Shown here: in pieces, positions 33,230 to 41,257 of the stretch
How the letters are laid out: every line of letters starts with the position of its first letter
How positions within the stretch are numbered: position 1 is the stretch's first letter
Assembly (NCBI GenBank): GCA_964350735.1
Contig: CAYGKO010000002.1
Coordinates: 26,134 to 90,133, forward strand
Source of the DNA: an uncultured Candidatus Saccharibacteria bacterium
Lineage (GTDB): Bacteria > Patescibacteriota > Minisyncoccia > Phycocordibacterales > UBA918
DNA length: 64,000 bases
Direction: 5' to 3'
Translations under genes and position numbers: made by a program
The notes under the pieces: generated by a model
Database searches by the model: none
What the model saw: only the letters and a program-made list of their open reading frames with translations
Told to the model about the DNA's origin: nothing

Positions 33230-33547
33230 ATGTTAGGAAAATTGAAAAATATGGCCATGAAGAAGTTGTTGAAATCACAACTCAAAAATGTCCCTGAAGA
33301 TCAACAGCAAATGATTATGGAGCTGGTCGAGAAAGACCCGAAACTCTTTGAACAGATTGCAAAAGAGATGCAAGCCGAAATGAAAGCTAATGGCAACAAC
33401 CAGATGGCAGCGGCCATGAAAGTACTACCCAAGTACCAGCAACAACTCGCAGCAGCCATGAGTCCTGAGATGCGCCAGAAGATGATGCAGATGACCGGAG
33501 CACCGACAGCTGGGAAGTTTAACCCTAATGGTTCGATTAGAAAATAA
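33230..33547 (+). CDS. Met/Gln-rich helical hypothetical protein
   Basis: 105 aa; TGTTACAAT eight nt upstream; hairpin downstream. Confidence 0.8.
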   Translation: MLGKLKNMAMKKLLKSQLKNVPEDQQQMIMELVEKDPKLFEQIAKEMQAEMKANGNNQMAAAMKVLPKYQQQLAAAMSPEMRQKMMQMTGAPTAGKFNPNGSIRK

Positions 33548-33569
33548 TTGCTAGAATACGGTTACCCAC

Positions 33570-33600
33570 AGAAAGGGCGCGCCTTCGGCGCGCCCTTTCT
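33570..33600 (+). terminator. perfect hairpin, probable terminator
   Basis: AGAAAGGGCGCGCC-ttc-GGCGCGCCCTTTCT. Confidence 0.65.
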
Positions 33601-33616
33601 ATATACTAATACCACT

Positions 33617-34198
33617 ATGAAAACTAAAAAAATCCTCGTTCTCCTTGGGAACTCTGACAATGAAACCTTCTCTGGTTCAGTCGCTGATGCGTACCAAGTC
33701 GGAGCGGAAGAAGCCGGTCACGAAGTGCAGCGCGTAAATATTGGAGACATGAACTTCGATCCGATCTTGCACAAAGGCTACAAAGAAATCCAGGCTCTAG
33801 AACCCGACCTACTTGATCTACAAGACAAGTTCCGCTGGGCTGATCACGTAGTGATTGTATACCCAAACTGGTGGTGCACCATGCCAGCCATCCTTAAAGG
33901 TCTCTTTGATCGTTTTTGGATCCCGGGCTTTGCCTTCAATTTTAATAAAGAAACCAAGCAACTTGATAAGCACTTAGTTGGTAAGACTGGCCGCGTGATT
34001 ATCGTGATGGGAACTCACTCACCATTTAAAACGTGGTGGCAGTTTGGTGATTATACCAACGAAATTCAATACGGAATCCTCGAGTTTGCGGGGATCAAGA
34101 CAAAAGTAAGTGCCTACGGCCCGTGTGAGAAGGTGGGGCAGCCTTGTCGCGAAGGCTGGCTGAAGGATGTGGCCAAGTTGGGTAGAAAAGCTTGCTAG
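33617..34198 (+). CDS. NAD(P)H-dependent oxidoreductase (flavodoxin-like fold, NQO/MdaB family)
   Basis: FDP.L, WAD..VI.YP.WW..MPA.LKG.FDR...PGFAF motifs; start ATG33617. Confidence 0.88.
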   Translation: MKTKKILVLLGNSDNETFSGSVADAYQVGAEEAGHEVQRVNIGDMNFDPILHKGYKEIQALEPDLLDLQDKFRWADHVVIVYPNWWCTMPAILKGLFDRFWIPGFAFNFNKETKQLDKHLVGKTGRVIIVMGTHSPFKTWWQFGDYTNEIQYGILEFAGIKTKVSAYGPCEKVGQPCREGWLKDVAKLGRKAC

Positions 34199-34225
34199 TT
34201 ATACCAAATTACCTATAATAGCTCT

Positions 34226-34362
34226 CACGAAGTCGACACTGCGTTATTCGTCCAGGGACGCTGCAGCAAGCCGACTTCGAGTAATGGGATTTGGGCGACC
34301 TCTACTTGTTAGTACTTTACCCTGGTTAGTGCAAAACAAGCAGGTCGTCCAAGTTCATTTTT
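34226..34362 (+). ncRNA. candidate structured RNA with two hairpins and a loop-loop pseudoknot
   Basis: TATAAT at 34214-34219; P1 CGAAGTCG/CGACTTCG; long P2; loop sequences CCAGGG and CCCTGG are complementary. Confidence 0.6.
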
Positions 34363-34424
34363 ATATTTGTGTCTACCCCAAGGGTATTCCTATTTTACTA
34401 ATTCACTTCGTTCATAACTAAAAT

Positions 34425-35525
34425 ATGTCACTTTCTGTAGGAATCGTAGGGTTACCGAACGTCGGGAAATCGACGCTTTTTACGGCACTTACCCGAAATG
34501 AAGTACTGATTGCTAATTATCCTTTTGCCACGATCGACCCGACAGTTGGCGTTGTTCCAGTCCCGGATAACCGCCTGCAGACCCTTTCAAGTATCTCTGG
34601 CAGCGATGAAATAATTCCAGCCGTGATTGAATTCGTTGATATTGCTGGACTTGTGAAGGGAGCTTCAGCTGGTGAAGGTTTGGGTAATAAATTCCTCGCT
34701 AATATCCGTGAGTGCGATATGATCGCCGAAGTGGTACGAATCTTTGAGGATGAAGACGTGCATCATGTTTCTGGAGTGATCGATCCAATGAGTGATATTG
34801 AGGTGATCAACCTCGAACTTATTATGGCTGACGCTGAGACAGTTGCTAAGCGCTTCGGTAACCTTGAGCGCGACGCTAAGCGCGGTGATAAAGCTGCTGT
34901 TGCAGAACATGACTTGCTGGGACGGCTATTGCCGCACCTTGAAGCGGGAAAGCTGGCTAATCAGTTTGAATATACGGAGGCGGAAGAGCTGCTTATTAAG
35001 GGCATGCACTTACTCACCAACAAAGCCTTTTTGTACATTTGCAACCGAAAAAATGGATCTTTCAATCTGGATGAGAATAACGACGAGCGTTGGACAGAGC
35101 TGTTAGAGTTTTTTGAAAAGACCAATAGCGAGTACGTAGTAGTTGATGCTGGTGTTGAACATGAGCTACGTGATCTAGCTGAAGACGAAAAAATGGATTT
35201 CAGGCGTGAATATGGCACGCAAGACAGTGGTGTCGACGCTTTGATCCGTGCTGCCTACCGCAAGCTTGGCCTCATGAGTTACTTTACTACTGGTGAGAAG
35301 GAAACCCGAGCCTGGACCGTAAAGGTGGGCGCTACTGGACCTGAGGCAGCTGGAGTGATCCATACTGACTTTCAGCAGAAGTACATACGGGCCCAAGTGA
35401 TGAAATTTGAGGATCTGGTAGCGGCTGGTTCAAAAGCAGCAGCTAAAGAGTCAGGCAAACTTAGAACTGAAGGAAAAGAATATATTGTACAAGAAGGGGA
35501 TGTGATTGAGTTTATGCATTCGTAA
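34425..35525 (+). CDS. ychF: redox-regulated ATPase YchF
   Basis: [36 protein letters not shown] and TGS domain motifs. Confidence 0.97.
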   Translation: MSLSVGIVGLPNVGKSTLFTALTRNEVLIANYPFATIDPTVGVVPVPDNRLQTLSSISGSDEIIPAVIEFVDIAGLVKGASAGEGLGNKFLANIRECDMIAEVVRIFEDEDVHHVSGVIDPMSDIEVINLELIMADAETVAKRFGNLERDAKRGDKAAVAEHDLLGRLLPHLEAGKLANQFEYTEAEELLIKGMHLLTNKAFLYICNRKNGSFNLDENNDERWTELLEFFEKTNSEYVVVDAGVEHELRDLAEDEKMDFRREYGTQDSGVDALIRAAYRKLGLMSYFTTGEKETRAWTVKVGATGPEAAGVIHTDFQQKYIRAQVMKFEDLVAAGSKAAAKESGKLRTEGKEYIVQEGDVIEFMHS

Positions 35526-35532
35526 GCTGGAA

Positions 35533-35575
35533 TAAAGAAATAACCGATGAGCACTGCTCATCGGTTATTTCTTTA
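35533..35575. terminator. bidirectional terminator
   Basis: Long perfect inverted repeat TAAAGAAATAACCGATGAGC/GCTCATCGGTTATTTCTTTA between convergent genes. Confidence 0.85.
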
Positions 35576-35842
35576 ACTGCCTTCTGTCGGAGGATTGGCG
35601 CGCTGGACCGGACTTACCACATTTGGATTCCATTCAGCGGTAATTTCACCGTTTTGGTCTTCAAAGTTTTTGATTTCATGTCCAAGATATTGTTGCAGTC
35701 GCTTCGCGTGCCCAGGAGTAAGTGAGTATACCTGAGCGTTGTTGCCTGAGCTGATGCCCATCACAAAGAATTCAGGTGAGAAACCAATTTTAATGTTTTC
35801 TGCTAGTAATTTAGGGGCTTTTTGTAAATCTTCTGGTTTCAT
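35573..35842 (-). CDS. DUF3467-like hypothetical protein
   Basis: EFF..., TP.HAKRL...L...I..FE...GEI pattern recalled for DUF3467; start at MKPED. Confidence 0.6.
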   Translation of the reverse strand: MKPEDLQKAPKLLAENIKIGFSPEFFVMGISSGNNAQVYSLTPGHAKRLQQYLGHEIKNFEDQNGEITAEWNPNVVSPVQRANPPTEGS

Positions 35843-35850
35843 ATACAGCA

Positions 35851-35860
35851 TAGTATACTA
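35851..35860. promoter_or_regulatory. palindromic bidirectional -10 element
   Basis: TAGTATACTA gives TATACT on both strands, each 9 nt from a divergent ATG. Confidence 0.6.
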
Positions 35861-35868
35861 GAAACATC

Positions 35869-36255
35869 ATGGCAGATCCACGTGCAGGTAAACCTTCATA
35901 TCGCTCACAGAAAATGAGAGCGGCGTACACCAAGTATATTGAAGCTGGGAAGTTGGCTGTTGGCTGCGCCCTTTGTGATAAAGAGGCAGACGGTGAGCTG
36001 CTAGAAAATTTCAATCTTTGGCAATTGGTAGACAATCGCTTTCCTTACGACACTATTACAGACACTCATCATATGCTGATGCCCAAGGCGCACATCACAG
36101 AAGAAGAACTTACGCCTGAACATCTGTCAGAACTCCGAGAACTGAAACAAACAATACTGAATGACCGTTATACTTTTATTTTTGAGACGCTACCTAATGC
36201 TAAATCAATACCCCCGCACCACCACCTACATTTGATTGTTGTCAAAAATCTCTAG
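35869..36255 (+). CDS. HIT-like domain protein
   Basis: CALC, NRFPY, H.ML.PK.H and C-terminal HHHLH triad. Confidence 0.7.
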   Translation: MADPRAGKPSYRSQKMRAAYTKYIEAGKLAVGCALCDKEADGELLENFNLWQLVDNRFPYDTITDTHHMLMPKAHITEEELTPEHLSELRELKQTILNDRYTFIFETLPNAKSIPPHHHLHLIVVKNL

Positions 36256-36295
36256 TTGTTACTTTATTGGTGTGAACGGCGTATAATTAAAATAT

Positions 36296-37180
36296 ATGAA
36301 CACACCTAGAAACTTCGCCTTACAACTTGGCGCGCTTATTACGCTTTACGTATCACTAACATCGTTAATGGTATTACTGTTTTCAGTTATAAATCTGATG
36401 TTCCTCGATAGTGCTGATAGTTACTGGCAGATCGAAAGTGCGACTGGATCAATCCGATTTTCGATCGCGATGCTGATTGTGTTCTTCCCTGTGTACTTGT
36501 GGCTGACACGGCTTGTAAATCAGGTACGACGCAAAGAAGAGGGGATGTATCTCACGCTTACCAAGTGGCTGATTTACTTATCGCTGCTGGCTGGCGGGGC
36601 TGTGTTGTTGGGGGATTTAGTGGCTGTGATTAACGGCTTTCTAAGCGGGGAGCTCACGATTCGATTTGCTCTTAAGGCGGCTGTACTCGCGCTCGGTATT
36701 GGTGCGGCGTTTTATTACTATCTCAAAGATGCTCAGGGGTACTGGCAAGCTCATGAACGGCAGTCTATTTACTTTGGTGTTGCCGCCTCAATCGTAGTCC
36801 TGACAGCCTTGGTCTTAGGCTTTATGAATTCCGAAACTCCAGCTGAAGTACGCGAAATGAAGATCGACAGCAATCAGGTTGGGGATTTACAAGATATCCA
36901 GTGGCGGATCGAAGATCATTTCCGGGTAAATGAATCTTTACCTGAATCAACCGCTGAGCTGTTTGCCAATGCCTCAGCTCCAACTGCTCCCGAAGGCCGA
37001 GCTGCGTATGTCTATGAAATAGAAAGCGGGACGGAGTATCAGCTGTGTGCAGAATTTTCTCAGAATGCTACCAGAGATGAATTCACTCGCATGTATCCCT
37101 CAGAAAAGAACTACAACTGGAACTACCGTGAGGGGTACCACTGCTTTGAACGAGAGGTCGATAATCAGTATCGACAATAG
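36296..37180 (+). CDS. membrane protein, DUF5671-like
   Basis: About 5 TMs (IRFSIA.LIV..PVY, KWLIYL.L) then an extracytoplasmic domain with Y.LCA.F and HCF. Confidence 0.65.
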   Translation: MNTPRNFALQLGALITLYVSLTSLMVLLFSVINLMFLDSADSYWQIESATGSIRFSIAMLIVFFPVYLWLTRLVNQVRRKEEGMYLTLTKWLIYLSLLAGGAVLLGDLVAVINGFLSGELTIRFALKAAVLALGIGAAFYYYLKDAQGYWQAHERQSIYFGVAASIVVLTALVLGFMNSETPAEVREMKIDSNQVGDLQDIQWRIEDHFRVNESLPESTAELFANASAPTAPEGRAAYVYEIESGTEYQLCAEFSQNATRDEFTRMYPSEKNYNWNYREGYHCFEREVDNQYRQ

Positions 37181-37287
37181 TTAAATCCAGCGTCTCAATC
37201 CATACTTGTATTTACTAATTCTTTACATATCTTCAAATCAAGGCATAATGAAACCTCTGTTATTTACTAAGTACGTGAGGGATTGAT

Positions 37288-40056
37288 ATGCATAAAAAGT
37301 TTGATAATCAGGCGATTGAAAAGAAGTGGCAAGAGAAATGGGCGGCTAATGGTCTGTACGACGTAACTGAACGTGATACTTCTAAGGAGAAAGAGTACGT
37401 ACTGGTAGAACTGCCATACCCTTCGGGAAACCTGCATATTGGCCACTGGTACGCCTTTGGTGTGCCTGACATCTACGTGCGTTTCCAGCGTATGATGGGG
37501 AAGCAAGTGATCTACCCAATGGGCTTTGATGCCTTTGGTCTGCCAGCCGAAAACGCTGCCATAAAACGCGACATCAATCCTAAAGAGTGGACTGAAGGAA
37601 ACATTGAGTACATGAAAGAGCAGCTGGGCAATATGGGTAATTCCTATACCTGGAATATGACCGCTTCCACTACAGATCCCGACTATTACAAATGGACGCA
37701 GTGGATGTTCACGCAGTTTTTTGAGAAAGGGATTGCGTATCGTGGTAAAGGGAAAGTGAATTGGTGTCCTGGCTGCAATACTGTGATCGCAAATGAGCAA
37801 GTGCTGCCAGACGACACCTGTGAGCGCTCGGGTGACAAGATCGAGAAGAAAGAAATGCCGCAATGGATGCTGAAGATCACTGATTACGCTGACCGACTGG
37901 TAGATGATCTCGATGGACTTGATTGGCCAGAGCATATCAAAGAAGCGCAACGACAATGGATTGGCCGCTCAGAAGGGGCTGAGATTGATTTTAAGCTGTC
38001 TACTGATGATGCGATGACTGTCTTCACCACTCGCCCTGATACACTTTTTGGTGCCACCTACATGGTGCTAGCGCCTGAACACTCGCTAGTAACTAAGAAT
38101 AAAGACCAGATCTCCAACTGGGACGAAGTAGTACGATATATCGAACTAACCAAGCAGAAAGATGAGCAGGATCGTCTTAACGACACCAAGGAAAAGACCG
38201 GAGTGAAATTAGAAGGAATTACTGCTACCAATCCAGCTTCTGGAGAAGAAATTCCAGTCTATATCGCTGATTACGTCTTAGCTGGTTATGGAACCGGCGC
38301 GATTATGGCAGTACCCGCTCATGATGAGCGTGATTCGGCATTTGCAAAGAAGTTTGGTATTGATATTAAACAAGTTATTGAACCAGTTTCGGATCATCCA
38401 GTAAAAGCAATTGGTGCTTTTCTCATTGATGGCAATGGTGAAATATTATTGCAGAAGCGTACGGCAGATGCGCCGACTGGAGCGGGATTACATGGGATTT
38501 TTGGTGGCAGCATTGAATCAGGTGAGACAATGAAACAAGCTCTGGTTCGTGAAATTCAAGAAGAGTTAGAGATTGAAGTTGAAGAAAATAACATTCGTAT
38601 TTTATACTTTAAAGAGTCGCGTGAGCAAGGGAAAAACCTAGCCGCAGCTATCGTATCTGGTGTTGACTTTAGCAAAGCAATATTGCATGAAGGTGAAGCA
38701 ATTGTACGAGTAAAATCATTAGCTGAAATTGATAACAAGGATCGTAATCACATCTGGGAGACAGCTAATGACGATGATATTCATTCGCTATATTCTGGAG
38801 TAGGTGCTCTTTACAATTCAGCTGAATTTAACGGCATGAGTTCAGAAGAGGCTAAGAAAGCCATCACAGAGAAAGTGGGTGGGCGAATGACAAATACGTA
38901 TCGTCTCCGTGACTGGTCTGTCGGACGACAACGATATTGGGGGGTACCGATTCCGATTGTATATGATCCCGAAGGAAAGGCGCACCCAGTACCTAAAGAG
39001 CATTTGCCCTGGATTCTGCCGGAAGATGTGGACTTCAAACCGACTGGAGAACCACCATTAGCTAAAAGTGCTGAGCTGAAAAAACGAACTGAAGATATTT
39101 TTGGAGTCGGCTGGACGCCTGAAGTAGAAACTCTCGACACCTTCGTGGATTCTTCGTGGTATTTCATGCGGTATATCGACAATCAAAACTCAGAATCGCT
39201 CGCTAGCCTTGAGGCGCAGAAAGATTGGATGCAGGTGGATACGTACTTTGGTGGGGCTGAACACACCACCATGCACTTGCTGTATTCTCGCTTTTGGCAA
39301 AAAGCACTCTATGATCTTGGGGTCGCAGTACATGATGAACCTTATAAGCGACGAATCAACCGTGGACTCATTCTCGGTCCGGACGGGAACAAAATGAGTA
39401 AAAGTAAAGGCAATGTGATTGACCCAGACGAACAAGTGAAGTTAGTGGGTGCAGATGCGGTGAAGTTGTATCTCGGCTTCATGGGACCGTATGAAGGAAC
39501 CAACTATCCGTGGGACATGGGAGGTATTGCTGGCATCAGACGCTTCTTAGAGCGCCTAAATGGGCTTACAGGACACATTGTGGAAGCTGAACCAGTGCCA
39601 GTTACTAAACAAGTTCATAAAACTATCATTAAGTTGCGTGAGGACATTCCGCAGCATAAATTTAATACTGCAATCAGTGCGGTGATGGTGTTGGTGAATC
39701 TTATTGAAAAGGAAGGAGTTTCAAAAGAGTCATACCGGACTATTCTGCAAATGATGGCCCCATTGGCCCCGCATTTAACAGAAGAATTATGGGCTGATTT
39801 GGGAGAGAGTAATTCAATTCACCTTGAAAGTTTCCCCGAAGCAGATACAGCGTTAGCAAAAGATGAGCTAGTCACTATTGGAGTGCAGATTAATGGAAAA
39901 GTACGAGGTGATATTACTATTGCTCCTGATGCCTCTGAAGAAGAGGCTTTGGCTGCTGTAGCGGATGATGAGCAGCTGCAAAAACGCCTGACTGAAGGGG
40001 AGATGCAGAAAGTGATTTATAAAGCTGGAAAAATACTTAATATCATTGTTAGTTAG
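37288..40056 (+). CDS. leuS: leucine--tRNA ligase with inserted Nudix domain
   Basis: HIGH, CP1 editing motifs TTRPDT and GTGAIMAVPAHD, KMSKS; Nudix box GGSIESGE...ALVREIQEEL. Confidence 0.96.
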   Translation: MHKKFDNQAIEKKWQEKWAANGLYDVTERDTSKEKEYVLVELPYPSGNLHIGHWYAFGVPDIYVRFQRMMGKQVIYPMGFDAFGLPAENAAIKRDINPKEWTEGNIEYMKEQLGNMGNSYTWNMTASTTDPDYYKWTQWMFTQFFEKGIAYRGKGKVNWCPGCNTVIANEQVLPDDTCERSGDKIEKKEMPQWMLKITDYADRLVDDLDGLDWPEHIKEAQRQWIGRSEGAEIDFKLSTDDAMTVFTTRPDTLFGATYMVLAPEHSLVTKNKDQISNWDEVVRYIELTKQKDEQDRLNDTKEKTGVKLEGITATNPASGEEIPVYIADYVLAGYGTGAIMAVPAHDERDSAFAKKFGIDIKQVIEPVSDHPVKAIGAFLIDGNGEILLQKRTADAPTGAGLHGIFGGSIESGETMKQALVREIQEELEIEVEENNIRILYFKESREQGKNLAAAIVSGVDFSKAILHEGEAIVRVKSLAEIDNKDRNHIWETANDDDIHSLYSGVGALYNSAEFNGMSSEEAKKAITEKVGGRMTNTYRLRDWSVGRQRYWGVPIPIVYDPEGKAHPVPKEHLPWILPEDVDFKPTGEPPLAKSAELKKRTEDIFGVGWTPEVETLDTFVDSSWYFMRYIDNQNSESLASLEAQKDWMQVDTYFGGAEHTTMHLLYSRFWQKALYDLGVAVHDEPYKRRINRGLILGPDGNKMSKSKGNVIDPDEQVKLVGADAVKLYLGFMGPYEGTNYPWDMGGIAGIRRFLERLNGLTGHIVEAEPVPVTKQVHKTIIKLREDIPQHKFNTAISAVMVLVNLIEKEGVSKESYRTILQMMAPLAPHLTEELWADLGESNSIHLESFPEADTALAKDELVTIGVQINGKVRGDITIAPDASEEEALAAVADDEQLQKRLTEGEMQKVIYKAGKILNIIVS

Positions 40057-40069
40057 TTCTACAATATAC

Positions 40070-40098
40070 TTGACCCTTGTCAAATACCATGATATAAA
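40070..40098 (+). promoter_or_regulatory. promoter with overlapping TTGAC-N4-GTCAA palindrome
   Basis: TTGACC-17nt-TATAAA with TGn extension; palindrome at 40070-40083. Confidence 0.55.
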
Positions 40099-40160
40099 AC
40101 CCATACGCATAGGGATTTGGACCTTACACCCAAACTGAAACCATCAAAACTACAAAAAAT

Positions 40161-41186
40161 ATGATCACATTTAAACCAAAACAAGCCACCAAACGACTTT
40201 TGTCGGTATTACCCGACCGAGCCCGTGACGTGCTAGAGAAGCGCTATGGTCTCGGCAAAGACGCTGATACTGCAACCCTGGAAGCGATTGGACAGACATA
40301 CGGTATTACTCGAGAACGTGTGCGACAGATTGAAAATTATGGTATTCAGTCCATCCAAAAATCAGATGTTTATGGTGAATTCCAGGCTATCTTTGAAGAA
40401 CTGCACGCTATCATTGACGAGCTTGGTGGAGGTCTCATTGCTGAACATATTCTCCTGGAAGAGATTGCAGCTGATCCAATCCTACGTAATCATATTTATT
40501 TCCTCCTCGTACTAGGCGATCCTTTCTACCGATCAAAAGAAAACCCTTCGTACTCCCACCGATGGTTTACTGAGAAGAAGATTGCTGACATAGTCGAAAA
40601 AGGCTTGAAGAGTGTTCATGCTTCTTTAGATCGTGATGAGCTTGTTTCAGAAGAAGAAATCCTAACTCGTTTTAAAAATGAACTGATTGAGTTAGCAGAC
40701 AAACATGATGAAAAAGTTCTCAAACGATGGCTCTTGATTTCAAAAGATATTGCTCCAAACCCGCTTGGAGAGTGGGGACACGCATCAAGTCCGAATGTTC
40801 GAGTCAAAGGAATTCGTGACTACGCGTATCTTGTAGTAAAGCGCCATGGTTCACCCATGCACTTCCGTGAAGTGGCGGAAGCAATTGAGGAACTGTTCAC
40901 TAAGAAAGCCCACACTGCTACTACTCATAACGAATTGATCAAAGATGGCCGTTTTGTATTAGTTGGACGAGGTCTATACGCACTGACAGAGTGGGGTTAT
41001 TCAGCTGGGGTGGTAAAAGATGTGTTACGAGACATCTTAGATACACATGGTCCGCTATCACGGGAAGAAATCATTGATAAAGTTCGCAAAGAACGTTACG
41101 TGAAAGACAATACTATCGTTGTTAATCTCCAAGATATGAACTTGTTTAAGCGACTTAGTAACGGAACCTACGTGGTGGCTGAGTAG
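40161..41186 (+). CDS. sigma-70 region 4 domain protein with C-terminal winged-HTH (HARE-HTH/RpoE-like) domains
   Basis: R.RDVL..RYGL....TLEAIG..YGITRERVRQIE; PMHF.E.A..I..HNELI.D.RFVLVGRGLYAL.EW. Confidence 0.8.
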   Translation: MITFKPKQATKRLLSVLPDRARDVLEKRYGLGKDADTATLEAIGQTYGITRERVRQIENYGIQSIQKSDVYGEFQAIFEELHAIIDELGGGLIAEHILLEEIAADPILRNHIYFLLVLGDPFYRSKENPSYSHRWFTEKKIADIVEKGLKSVHASLDRDELVSEEEILTRFKNELIELADKHDEKVLKRWLLISKDIAPNPLGEWGHASSPNVRVKGIRDYAYLVVKRHGSPMHFREVAEAIEELFTKKAHTATTHNELIKDGRFVLVGRGLYALTEWGYSAGVVKDVLRDILDTHGPLSREEIIDKVRKERYVKDNTIVVNLQDMNLFKRLSNGTYVVAE

Positions 41187-41201
41187 AGAGCTGTTGGAGA
41201 T

Positions 41202-41240
41202 AAAGAGGGCGGGAATTACTTCGTAATTCCCGCCCTCTTT
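41202..41240 (+). terminator. intrinsic terminator
   Basis: AAAGAGGGCGGGAATTAC-ttc-GTAATTCCCGCCCTCTTT. Confidence 0.8.
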
Positions 41241-41257
41241 CGTGTACAATAGTAGAT

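Noticed and set aside
34167-34421. 84-aa ORF upstream of ychF
   Set aside because: It overlaps the previous gene and the TATAAT element; extensive base pairing explains the region better
37181-37287. T-box riboswitch before leuS (also checked before alaS)
   Set aside because: The intergenic regions are too short and lack the T-box consensus
37267-37956. 229-aa minus-strand ORF
   Set aside because: Antisense to the conserved leuS N-terminus
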